From the NCBI GenBank assembly GCA_021432655.1, contig MU271192.1, positions 124,001 through 188,000 on the forward strand: a stretch of 64,000 nt of DNA, given 5' to 3'. Source of the stretch: Atractiella rhizophila. Lineage: Eukaryota. The notes under the pieces are model-generated. The model worked only from the letters and a program-made list of their open reading frames with translations, was not told the DNA's origin and made no database searches. Positions 36,448 to 48,780 of the stretch are shown here, piece by piece (positions within the stretch are counted from its first letter, which is position 1; every line of letters begins with the position of its first letter). The position numbers were made by a program, and so were the translations under genes.

Positions 36448-39167
36448 CTATGACGGTGCAGCAACAGGAATTGGTGCTCCATCTGTCATCTTCTGTTTCT
36501 TCCATGCATGTGCTCTAGCGAGGAAGGAAGAACCGATGCTGCTCGACTCTGCGGCATCGTCGGGGAAAGTAGCCACAAATTCTGGTCCAGCCAAAACGGT
36601 TGCTTAGATCATATCAAGCTATGTAGAATGCACTGACCTTCAGACATCTGACCATTCTCATCCTTTTTATACCGCCGGACAGTGTATGGCATCTTTGCCT
36701 CCACTTTGGCCAATGAATCTGTGTCTCCATGCTGCTGTTCAAGAGCTTTCCACACGTTCAGAATTGCCGTTCTCTACTCCCATCGCGCAGATGGTCAGTG
36801 TAACACCAATTGCAAAGAATGGACAGGACGTACTGATTGAGACATTGCCTTGCTCTTGAACTCTGCATAGGCCCTCTCCAGCACCTTCCTAGCTCTCTCC
36901 ACCCCGTCCCTCCTCGCTTTCTCCGCCGCCACGGGGTCGGCAATGACTTGTTCCTGCTCTTCGTCCTCATCCTCGTCCTCGTCAGTCTCGCCCATGAGCG
37001 CCTTCGATATTTGTTCGGATGCATGAATCTCGAATTTGGAATATGCGACCCAGACTTTGAGATTAGAGGTCTCCTTCTTCGCATCGGATTTGTCCACTCC
37101 ATTCGAGCGCGACGACTTCTCGAGCAAGCGATCGTAGAGGGAACGTGCGCGAGACCATTCCTGTTCAGACTGCTCGAAATCAATATAGGATTTCCAGACG
37201 ACTGCAATCCGGGGAGCCATATAGTTAGCATCACATGCATCGTGGAAGAAAGGAAAGGGGACAGACTTTGTGGATTGTCCAGTGACTGCGAAACCGCAAG
37301 CTCATAGATCGCCCTTGCTCGATCCGTGTCGTCCAACATCTGCTCCAGTTCCGCAAACTGAACCCAGGCCGTCGGATTGGAGGGTTCATACTACAACATC
37401 ACACCAAATAGCGGCGTCAGTTCTCTTCTGTGACGGCACAACTTACAATCACTAAGAAAGCTCACCTCGACGAACTTCTCATAAAGGGTGCGGCACCTAT
37501 CGAACTCCCTCAACTGGAGCTCAATCTCCAAGTATCCTGCAAACAACTTGGGCTTAGGACACATGCCAATCGCCGTGCCCATGATTTTTCTTGCCGTGTC
37601 GAGGTTGAGTCGGCGTAATTCGAATTTTGCATAGTTGATCCAGAGCTTCGCAAAGGTGAAAGTTTTGTGCGGTACGACTTTCATGGCGGCTTTGTAAATA
37701 TCACGAGTGCGGTCAAAGTCCTACATCACATCGCTTAAGTTAGAGAGGAAGGGGGACAAGCGACTTTGATAGAAGACACACCTGGGTTTCTATTTCCTCA
37801 AAAACAGCATAATTGAGCCACAAGAACACATATCTCCTCCAATACCTTTTCTGTTCAGCCGGAGGCACAAATTCGACTGCACGTTCGTAAGTCGACCTAA
37901 CCTTTTCCAAAATCTTTGCCTTTTCTTCCTCCACCACTGCAGAACGGTAGGCGTCCTCCTCTAGTCGAGTGTAATCGAACCACACGTCGTATTGCCGTGG
38001 ATCCGCCGACAGCTCATCTTCGTACTGTATCCGTCGCTTTCCCAATACCGTGGATTCAATCGAGTCTCGTGTGCCGTATTGCTTTTCGAATGTTGTATAG
38101 GATGTATAGAGGGAGAAAGATTTCGATTTGGGCAGACGGTCAAGGGCGTACTATTCAATCATGCATGTTCTCAACATGATAAGAAGCTAAGAAGGAAGAA
38201 GCGATGTGCGAACCTTGTAGATGACCCGTGCCCTCTCATACTCCTTATGCCTGATCTCCAGCTTCCCAAATGCATTATAAACAGGTTGAGCCTTCACCAA
38301 CTCGTCCTCTTCTTCCCCATAGAACTCCATAGCCATTTGGAATATTTCCCTCGCTCGATCCAACTTCCCGCGCTCCTCCTCAAACTTTGCCCACTTAATC
38401 CACATCTTTGTTTCCGGATGACAGTTCACCAGCCTCTCATACACCTTACTCGCGCGATCCAGCTCCCCATACCGTACCTCCATCTTGATGTATGCGCTCC
38501 AGGCCTTTTCATCTGGCTCCCAGGCCATCCAGCGCTCGAAGATCTGCCGAGCGCCGCTCACATTTCCCAAAAGTTCCTCGAGGAAGACGTACTTGTACCA
38601 GAGCTGGTCCAGACGTGGGAGGAGGGTGACGGCTCGATCGAAGAGGTTGCGCGCGTGTTGAATGTTACGCGCCTTGAGCTCCATCTCCGTATAGGACATC
38701 CAGACCTTTATTTCAGCCGGAGAGACGTCCAACGCCCTCTCGTAGACCGACCGCGAGCGAGCGTACTCTCCTTGAGAGGCTTCCCATGAGGCATATTTCA
38801 CCCATGCCTTCATCTACATCGAAGGATCACAATTCAATGTACATTCCAGCATCACTCGAGAAGAAAGCAAAGACGAACGTTGATACGGGTCCTCCTAATC
38901 GTTTCTTCAAACTCCTTCCTCTTCCTGGCACGATACTCATTGAGCTCTTCGAAATCCTCAATTCTTTGACGAGGAGCAATATCTTTAGGTTCCTGCCGTT
39001 CTTGGGCCTCACGAAGAAGCTGCTCGGCTGTTATCTATGGATGTGTGAGCCACAAGATGGGCAAAAGTTAGCTGGACGCTTGGAGGAAGTATGAGCAAAT
39101 AGCAGACCTGGACCGTCGCTGGTGCGCGATTCTTGACTTTTGGTGCGCGTCCATCTCGACCACTCAT
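36448..39167 (-). CDS. CLF1: Pre-mRNA splicing factor Clf1/Syf3/crooked neck (HAT repeats)
   Basis: [90 protein letters not shown]. Confidence 0.96.
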
Positions 39168-40424
39168 CTCGCTTTGGCTCTCTTAGACGGCTGTGTGGAT
39201 AGCTCGAGGCAAGGCAAACTGGATTTGTGCCCTCGGTGTGCTGGGACTTTGGGCTTTGGACTGGTGGCAGAGTGCAAAGGCAGATTAGAGAGAGATTAAG
39301 ACACTTGGTCAGGTGACTTGATTCTCGAGAGGATGAATGCGTTGTTGTCTACCTTGTCGGTTATGGTCGGGCATATGGCGTTACGATATCCTGGTACATG
39401 ATATTCCTTATAAGCGGCTCTCCACGCGTCAAACCGAACGGCGTTATGACTTTATTTGCAGTGGGGTGATGCAGCCAGAACGTGCAAGAGGTTCAAGTTG
39501 TGTATGACTGCAAGGCTATGAAGTCGTTCTACAAAAGCTGTGGTGAGTGGTTCTAGTATTTGCACCAGTGGGAGTTATTCGGGAGTGTTTGGTGACTGGA
39601 GGATATTGTGGTTGCCCATTTCTCTCTGCTTACGTATTCTTGCCAACTCAAAGTGGCAAGTTGTTTGTAATTACTAAGGTCAACATCCACTCCTTCTGCT
39701 TAGCTCCTTTTGACTAGCCTGATAGGATGGTTAGGGAAGGCGTGCGCTATAGGTAGAAAAATGGGATGTTTCCTGTTTTCACTTATCATCCACAACCCGT
39801 TCGGTTACAGTTGTTCTTTATCCTTGCTGCTGCTGCATAGGTACACTCCGCAATTATATTTGCATGGGAGCCTGCTAGTTATAAGATCCCACAAGCTTGT
39901 TGAATCTTAATTCAACCATATAATCAGTTGTTTACCGAGAACCAAACTCGCTCGTTTTGCATCTTGGAAAAGCTGGCTTACCTCGGATGTCGACAATCAG
40001 CTCCGGGACACACTCAGGTTGTCTACTGAAACCAGTGTTACTTAACCCTGCATGAGGAGACTCATTTTGCCAATTCGCAAACTGAACAATGGTCACATTA
40101 GAATGTTGAAGATGGGAGGAAGGACTCGATCTTCATGCAGTCATCCTCTTCCTTCTTGACTGTACTCATGAGAGTCTCATGTCCATGTCTTCACGTGTCT
40201 GGTTCGGGACAAGGCTGGAGTTCGGGAAATCTACCTTTAGATAGATGGTATCCAGGTCCCTTGCACACATGCAACTTCCACACTCGTTTCATCGCTTTCC
40301 TTCAATTTGTCACCGTACGCATTTTCCGTGCCTCCTATCCAGATTTAAAAGGGAACGAAGCAAGGTGCAACAAACCTCGAACCGTTAAAAGTTCTGGACG
40401 AGTTTAAAGCTTTTGAGTGTAATC

Positions 40425-41122
40425 ATGCCCACCACTGGAAAGTGTCTCTGCGGTGCCGTCACCCTTACTCTGGAGACTGTAGAGGGAGAACCTCTTCAGC
40501 ACGCTCTGTGAGCTCGCGATCTACTGTTCTGACTCTGCATTTTTTCTGACTTTCCCACTTTAGCTGCCGTGAGTTTTGCGGCGTCTAGCTGCACAGAAAT
40601 TCCTTGATGTAGGCGACTTGCAGACTGCACCAACTGCCAATTGTCTGGCGGCGCGCCAATTGCTTCTTATTTCATTGTCCCCGAATCAAGGCTCAAGGTG
40701 GACGGTACCTTGATCACCACGATAGCCAAGGCAGATTCTGGAAATGATGGTGAGCCGCTTGTCAACATCCTTTGGTAGGAGCCATGGACTTATGGTCGAT
40801 TCCCTTAATCAGTCACATACGATGCTTGTGCTAAATGCGGTTCGGTAAGCTGAAGCCTTCAGCATTCTCATACGTTGCTCTCTCATCGATATACACGCGT
40901 TTTAGCCCATTACGCACGGCTCGAAGGCGCTTGGTGCGTCTCGTTCCCTCAGCAATGCCGTTTTCTGAGATCTTTATTTCAATAGGGGAGAACATAGGTG
41001 TCAGGAGCCCATTGCTACCTACCCTCAAACCTTCCCCCATTGTTGCAGAATTCTTCACTTGCAATCGCTGGGAAACCTTGAAGCCACTAGATGCTGCCGT
41101 TCAGTTGAACAAGATGGAGTAG
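40425..41122 (+). CDS. GFA/Mss4-like Zn-binding protein, paralog 1
   Basis: TGKCLCGAV-ALCHCTNCQLSGG-ADSGN-ACAKCGS after splicing; needs a 5-nt micro-exon at 40564-40568. Confidence 0.85.
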
Positions 41123-42024
41123 AGGATCGTAGATCGTCAGTGTTTAAATTCGAAATGTTGCTAGCTAAACAAGGTTGCAAAGAAACAACAAGTCCAATTA
41201 TCTGACTGCTTCATCACTTTGTTGTGTCATTCTTACGCTCGCGAGTCATGTGACATCCCTAGGGAGCACGCAATGTTGCTGACTTGTGATGCATGGTCTT
41301 CGGCGTGTCGTCTGTAAGAGGCATATATAAAGGAGCGGGATGGTTGAAGCCAACCTTTACGCGTTTTGAGGCAACATTCACACCTTGAAGCTGCAAGTCC
41401 AACATGAACTCACAAAAGCTCAAAGAATTGGCTGGAGAGCCGGGTTAAAGTGAGTTGGCTCTTGGTTTATCTATCGCTTGAATTTCTATCACGGTGTAAT
41501 CAGTCTTTGCAGGCACAACCGAATGAACCTGTTTCTGAAGTTACTTGAAAGAAGCAATGGACCTGCTTACAGTCTAATATTCAAAAGACAATCGCAACTC
41601 ACTTGCTTTGCGCACAACGCCAGAACATCTCACATAAGACATAGTCCTCAAGCTACAAAATCTCCATCTTCCCAATTTTCAACCTGGCTTTGTTATAACA
41701 TCCTTCTCTGCAAAATGAGAGCTGCCTTCCGATTGTTTTCCTTGTCGCGGGACCTGCGTCGCCTTCCCGAATGAACAATTCGGCATGCAAGCACACTTTC
41801 TAGAACGAACTCGACTTGAACGTGCGCACTCACTTGTCATTTTCAAAGGCATGAATTGCATGGTTCGCAACAAATGGGCATCGCTTCAAGTCACAGCGTC
41901 CGGGAATCCCGGTACCGCACTGCCTTTTGCACGTCGCGCATCGATAAATCTTGACTGTTTCCCAAGATTCCCATATTTGCCAACAACGTCCAAAGCGCGT
42001 GCAACCAAAGGAAAATAATTCGAG

Positions 42025-42685
42025 ATGGCCTCTACTGGAAAATGCCTTTGCGGAGCAGTGAACCTCACGCTTGAAGATGGAAATTCTGCTACACATGTCA
42101 CGTAAGATCTCCCATCGATCCCTTATTTACGAGTCTGATTTTTGAGAGAACGACAGCTGCCGTATGAGGTTGCCCTAATCGAAGGAGCTGGATGCTAACC
42201 CGTTTACAGACTGTGATAATTGTCAACTCAGCGGTGGATCTCGTGCGTTGGATGGAGTTGTAAAGGCTTAGGAAGCTGATGTTTCGGCCTTTTAGCTTAT
42301 GCCACCTATCTGTTCGTCCCAAAGGCTAATGTCAAGCTCGAGGGAGAGACGATCGAGGCTTTCACGAAGGCTGATTCTGGAAATGATGGTAGGCACATCG
42401 TGCTCTGATCGATTCTTCTGAACACTGACTTGTGTATTCAGTGAGCTGGGTCGCATGTAAGAAGTGCGGCACTCCATTGACCCATGGGTCGGATGGACTG
42501 GGTGCGTGTTTGACCTGTCGACGCATCATCGAAGTTGAACGCTGAGAGCAGGCGACAACATTTGTTTACGAAGCCCACTCTTCCCTTCGTTGAAAACTTT
42601 GCCCCTGAAAGTGGAATACTACACATGCAACCGATGGGCTGGAGTCGCTCCCATTGACGGCGCGACACAGTTGGAGAAGATGTAG
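42025..42685 (+). CDS. GFA/Mss4-like Zn-binding protein, paralog 2
   Basis: TGKCLCGAV-VTCHCDNCQLSGG-KADSGND-ACKKCGTP-EYYTCNRW; micro-exon at 42157-42161. Confidence 0.85.
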
Positions 42686-43084
42686 TGTGGAGGCAAAAGG
42701 GAGTTTGCAAATCAAAACAACAGCTTTGTTGCCAATGATGCACTAGCGATGATGTGATATGAAATTTATGGAATCAAATTGGAATAATCGATTTGCTGCT
42801 GCTAGAAGAATGCGTTCCTGTTAACTACAAATTCAAGATGCAAGCTTCAGGAGGTACAAGTAGCGGTCCATAAAGGGTATACACAGAATAAATGCAACTT
42901 TCAAAGCTTGAGAGTCCGTGCTTGTATGAGCACTGAAAAGCGTCCTTCCTACAATCGCTTGTTTTGATCGCAAGACAGTTGACATCGTTCAAAATACGTA
43001 AACGGGTCGTCGGGAGCTGGATCATCCTGATTGTACCATCTTAGTCTGAGCCAAGGCTTCCGAAAAACAAAACGAACCAGCCTG

Positions 43085-43691
43085 TCATTGAATTTCGGAC
43101 AATCCTTCGCAACACAACCCACACCCGATGCACTCCAGGAGGGACAAGCAACCACAGCAAGCGCACTAGACAGCAGTAGTCAATCTACAAGCTGGCGAAA
43201 GAGTAGGAAGACTCACGAGGTAACAAGGGCAGCAGCATGGGTTACGGAAAACTCCTTGACAACACCAGGCTGATACCATGATCGCAGCCAGAATAACGAG
43301 GAGCAGGCCAACAAATATGACTCTTCATTGTCCCTACGTCACCTTTGGCTCCTCAAGCGATAAGAGCAACGTACATGAGATAGTACTTCTTGTCAATGAA
43401 AACGTTATCATTGTTATTCCCAGACGATCCATCACTCTGTCTCTTCTGCAATCCCATATCCCTTCCCATTGTACTTTCATACAGCCAGTCCGTTAAAAGC
43501 CACGATGCGGCCGTTAAAACGAACAATAAGACAGCGAAGAAGGTGACAAATGCGCTCTTTGAGCGCTTATGGTGCTCGTGTCTAAGACCAGCCTCCCCAT
43601 CGAGGCATTGAGATGCTTTTTCGAGCTCGCCTTTTTCGTTCTCGACGACGATAATCGGGATCTGTTGGAAGGCAGGCTGGGAGGAGATCAT
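43085..43691 (-). CDS. Small membrane protein with two hydrophobic helices and a Cys-rich C-terminus (copy 1)
   Basis: Three exons: MISSQPAF...FVTFFAVLLFVLTAASWLL...LQKRQS...; IVIFVGLLLVILAAIMVSAWCCQGVFRNPCCCPCYL; CACCGCLSLLECIGCGLCCEGLSEIQ*. Confidence 0.75.
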
Positions 43692-44377
43692 GATGCTCGT
43701 GAATCTATTAGTAGGCCTTATACGCTGTATATGCTCGAAAAAGGGCGGAATGTTACGATCCATTGACCCATGGGTCGGATGGACTGGGTGCGTGTTTGAC
43801 CTGTCGACGCATCATCGAAGTTGAACGCTGAGAGCAGGCGACAACATTTGTTTGCGAAGCCCACTCTTCCCTTCATTGAAAACGTTGCCCCTGAAAGTGG
43901 AATACTACACATGCAACCGATGGGCTGGAGTCGCTCCCATTGAAGGCGCGACACAGTTGGAGAAGATGTAGTGTGGAGGGAAAAGGGAGTTTGCAAATCA
44001 AAACAACAGCTTTGTTGCCAATGATGCACTAGCGATGATGTGATCTTAAATTTATGGAATCAAATTGGAATAATCGATTTGCTGCTGCTAGAAGAATGCG
44101 GTTCGTGTTAACTACAAATTCAAGGTGCAAGCTTCAGGAGGTACAAGTAGCGGTCCACAAAGGGTATACACAGAATAAATGCAACTTTCAAAGCTTCAGA
44201 GTCCGTGCTTGTATGAGCACTGAAAAGCGTCCTTCCTACAATCGCTTGTTTTGATCGCAAGACAGTTGACATCGTTCAAAATACGTAAACGGGTCGTCGG
44301 CATTTGGATCATCCTGATTGTACCACAAACCACGCCTCAGTCTGAGCCAAGCCTTCAGAAAAACGCGACGAACCAGC

Positions 44378-44982
44378 CTATCCTTGAATTTCGGACAATC
44401 CTTCGCAACACAATCCACACCCGATGCACTCCAGGATGGACAAGCAACCACAGCAAGCGCACTGAGCAATAGTCAATCTAACAGCAGGTACAAGGGTAGG
44501 AAAGACTCACGAGGTAACAAGGGCAACAGCATGGGTTACGGAAAACTCCTTGACAGCACCAGGCTGATACCATGATTGCAGCCAGAATAACGAGGAGCAG
44601 GCCAACAAATATCACTCTATTATCACCACATCACCTCTAGCTCCTCAAGGATAAGATCAACGTACATGAGATAGTACTTCTTGTCAATGAAAACGTTATC
44701 ATTGTTGTTCCCAGACGATCCATCACTCTGTCTCTTCTGCAATTCCATATCCCTTCCCATTGTACTTTCATACAGCCAGTCCGTTAAAAGCCACGATGCG
44801 GCCGTTAAAACGAACAATAAGACAGCGAAGAAGGTGACAAATGCGCTCTTTGAGCGCTTATGGTGCTCGTGTCTAAGACCAGCCTCCCCATCGAGGCATT
44901 GAGATGCTTTTTCGAGCTCGCCTTTTTCGTTCTCGACGACGATAATCGGGATCTGTTGGAAGGCAGGCTGGGAGGAGATCAT
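44378..44982 (-). CDS. Cys-rich small membrane protein (copy 2, probable allele)
   Basis: Same exon structure as copy 1, all Cys retained, ends EIQG*. Confidence 0.72.
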
Positions 44983-45509
44983 GATGCTCGTGAATCTATT
45001 AGTAGGCCTTATACGCTGTATATGCTCGAAAAAGGGCGGAATGTTACGAAGAAATCTATGCTCCTTTATGGTGGTTACGTAGCAGCTTGGCTTATCGACA
45101 ACCCCGAGAAGCGGGACGCAAGTTAGAATTGGCGTCACGAAAACGAGCGAAAAAACGACGGCCAAGACCATCAAAATTGCAGCAGCACGGAGGATTGTCA
45201 ACAAGGAGCCGCAGATAGGTTTGCGGGAGATTGATTGTGTGGGTAAATTACAGTCCAAACGTGAGTGAACCCAACTGCGTCATTATGAGAGTGAGAGAGG
45301 GGTTGAGAGTGTAAAGATCCTTGCCCGTTTTTCACAAACACCATGCCTTGCGTCCCCTGATCACGCCTGTAGAAGCACCTGAGCGTATTTTTAGAAGGGC
45401 AAATTCATCGCGCTGCTGATTTGGCAGAAAAAATCTCGAGCAGACGCGTTCCCTTGTTTAACATACAGAGTTAACTACCTGGCACTTGCTGAACTTCTTT
45501 TCTGATAGG

Positions 45510-48441
45510 ATGGATTATTCTCCACGCATCCAAATTGCTCTTAGCATCCCACAAGCCGAGATCCCTCTCACTCCCTCAACTCCTAAACCTGTTGGTTCAC
45601 AACACCCCACCTTCCCGATCGGACCCTCTGCCTTTTCTCCTGCTCCTCTTCTAGCCCCATCGCCAGTACAGCGACTAGTACAACAGCACCTCGTATCTCA
45701 GGAAGGCGGTGTGCGAAAAGAGTACGACTTACTCGTCGTCCCGATCACCAACTCCAACTGGAAGGCGAGATGGGAGAAGATGTGCATTTCCTCAACCGAT
45801 GAGGAACCAGCAGAGATGGAAGTAGAGGTGGAGGATGATGGGAGCTGGGGAAACTTAAGAGAAGATGCCACAATCACGATTCCAGAGCAAGAGAATAAGC
45901 GGAAGAGGAAAACAAGACCCCGTCACAGTCAACCGAAGAACAGAGATCAAGACGAAGCCAGAATCAAGATGGCAGAGATGTGGAGGGCAGGTAATGACGG
46001 ATCAGCGTTTAAGAGGGGAGAGGTGAATGTGACCCGTACAGGTGACCTTCCCGTTTGCCCTCCTTGAAAACGTACTGAACGAGGTGACAGAGGAAATTGG
46101 GTCGATTATCGGGCTCATCTCTCCCTGGTTGGAGCTCGACTCGGAATCCGAAGGTGTGCGGCTGGATTGCGAGCTAGCACTGAATCAGGAATTATCGTAT
46201 TGTCAGCATTTACGTGTTGGAGAGATCGTTTTGCCACCTATCAGGAACGACAAGTTCGTGATTGACTATGCTCGAGCTATCAAAGCTGCTCTGAGGAATT
46301 GGAACCTGAATGTTAATCTCTTCCTTCAACCGAAATCCTCATTCTGATTGGGGAATCAGCTTGTCGTGCGTGTGCCTCTCATCGCCAATCTCGCAACATC
46401 CACGTCGCAAATTGATCCGTATGCACAATCTTGGGACTGGTGGAATGCAATACGACACGTTTGCGGATACGATACTCGTCTTTCCGTGGGTGCGTCTCCT
46501 GTGTTTTATTGCATTCGCTTTGACTAAAAGGTCGTCTCTGCAGCTGTTGACCTTCCTCCCGCTTTACCCGTTACCTCGTCCTCCTCACACCGTTGGCATG
46601 CGGAACCACTGAAGGCTGTCTTCATACCAGCGTCGTCGTTCATCCCAAACGCTAAACAGTTTCCAGTGCTTTCGAAAGCATGTCAAAGCTTTATAAAGGG
46701 AATCTTAAAGGTTGGTCCTCGATCTAAGCAGTTTCCCCTGCGATTTGACATCTGGCACTAGTTCAGGCCTACTATTGTGTTGGAGGGCATCAACAAAAAC
46801 CTTCATCAGAGTGGAGGCCAGGATGCCTACGCAACCTACATTCGATATTTGGAAAAGAACACACCTGAGAAAACGCCAGTAGAAGTATTCGCAAACGGAT
46901 ATCAGGTAACCTTTTCTCTGAATTGGGTCCATCGTTGACGTGCAATAGGATTATCTCCAATCTCCTCTCCAACCTTTGATGGACAACCTGGGCGACGACA
47001 CGTACGAGGGCTTTGAACGTGATCCAGTGAAGTATCGGCAATACGAAGAGGCACGTTTAGCATCCTCTGGGTTGAACGGTACTGATGCGACTACAGGCAA
47101 TCTATCAAGCTCTTCTTGACCGGCCATCCAACCGTGTTGTCAAAGTCCTCGTTTGTGGTGCAGGCCGTGGCCCCCTAGTTGCAGCCGCTTTAAGCGCGTC
47201 AGAACGGAGTGGGAGGGCAATTCAGCTCACAGCGGTAGAAAAGAATCCAAATGCCTACGTCATGTGCGTTTTCATGATCCTCGTAAGAATCACTAAATAG
47301 CTGCGTCCAGATTGCAAGAACGAAAAGCCCTTGAATGGGGATCCAACGTTACCCTTGTATTTTCAGACATGCGAGACTTCAGTCCTACAGAGAAGGCTGA
47401 TATCCTCGTTTCTGAACTATTGGGTAGCTTTGGTGACAATGAGTTGAGCCCTGAGTGCTTAGATGGTGTGATCCGTTGCCTAGATGGCGCGTTGTCTTGC
47501 TCGCTCTGCCGCAGTTGCTGATGTATGAACAGAATCAGGAGTATCAATTCCCTGCTCGTATTCATCCTGGCTTGCACCCATCACAACTTCGAAGATTCAT
47601 GCGGAATTGTCCTCCCCTACTTTCAAGATCAACAGCCCAGAAGGTCGTCCAGCGGAACAACCTTACGTTGTCATGCTAAACGCTTTCCACATCCTGAGTG
47701 GCCGAGGGGGACGCGAAGACAGAGAGAAAGTGCAGGAGTGCTGGAACTTTTTCCACGGCCCAGAATCATCCTTCATGACGGACGGGAAGGGTAAGTACCT
47801 AGGCCTCATACATGAAACGTGAATAATGTGACATAGGATTACCGCTCAATAACCACCATAACATCCGAACTGCCTCTCTCACCTTTCATATCCCTTCGGC
47901 AGGCATCTGTCATGGATTTGCAGGGTATTTTGAAGCGGTGTTGTACAACGATGTCACGCTTTCGATACACCCTGAACGAGGAGACCAAGAAATGCTGTCA
48001 TGGTTCCCCATCCTCTTCCCACTCAAGGTACTTGGATAGTTTGTCCAGCTTCATTTCAGGTTGCTGATTAGTCCACAGGATCCTCTCTATCTTCCCGCGC
48101 GCTCAGAGTTGGACGTTCATATGTTCCGCCTCACAGAACGACGCAAAGTTTGGTTCGAATGGTCGGCGGAATCATTCCTGCCAGTCGACTCATTCCTTCC
48201 GCCGCCACTAGACATTCCCGCTCAGATGTCCACAGCATCAACCGCTGAATATGAACGTGGTTCATCACTGTTGAGCAATGGACGGCAGGAAGCCTTTGTC
48301 AATGCAGCACCGAGCCCTGCCCTCAGCAGCGGTACCATGCAGAGCAGTCAAAGTCGAGGTACAGATTCTAGTCACAGGATAAAAATTGGGCAGACAGTTC
48401 TGCATAACCCTGGAGGGAAGATTAGTTGGATTGGGCTGTGA
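45510..48441 (+). CDS. PRMT5: Type II protein arginine methyltransferase PRMT5/Skb1/Hsl7
   Basis: [99 protein letters not shown]. Confidence 0.96.
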
Positions 48442-48711
48442 AAATTGTGGTGATTTGGGTCATTTTCGTGTTTCCATGTGTGCGTCTTCCCGTCAGAATG
48501 CATGAAGTTTGAATGCAGTTAACATTGAATCCATTGAATGTAACGTTGTCGCTTCAATTACTGCCTCGTAGGACAATGACATGAACATGGAGAGAATGGA
48601 GAGAAGTCTTACTTCCTCCTTAGTCTCCTCATAATTGAATGACAGAAAAGCAACCACTCTGCACCATCAGCCGAAAAGCTGGCTCGACCTCGAGTCAAGG
48701 CTGAACATCTA

Positions 48712-48719
48712 TCACGTGA
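48712..48719. promoter_or_regulatory. TCACGTGA E-box upstream of GCN1
   Basis: ATCACGTGAC about 60 bp upstream of ATG 48781. Confidence 0.45.
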
Positions 48720-48780
48720 CCTGATCTTTTTTAAACGCAAACATTTTCGAGCAAGACGATCTGTCGTGTCGTATGAGAAC

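Larger units (their letters stand above)
42473..45049. repeat. Direct tandem duplication 3 (42473-43758 and 43759-45049)
   Basis: Duplicates the 3' exons of GFA paralog 2 and the whole Cys-rich membrane protein gene; copies differ most in introns and the 3' flank. Confidence 0.96.

Noticed and set aside
37992..38789. 265-aa plus-strand ORF
   Set aside because: Antisense shadow of CLF1 exons.
39330..40400. Possible small spliced gene upstream of CLF1
   Set aside because: Splice-like signals are present but I could not assemble a consistent reading frame.
41320..41560. TATATAAA followed by a short ORF (MNSQKLKELAGEPG)
   Set aside because: Only 14 codons with no supporting homology; cannot be distinguished from chance.
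1241..45049. The three duplications as transposons or LTRs
   Set aside because: No terminal repeats, target-site duplications or transposase; they contain ordinary host exons.
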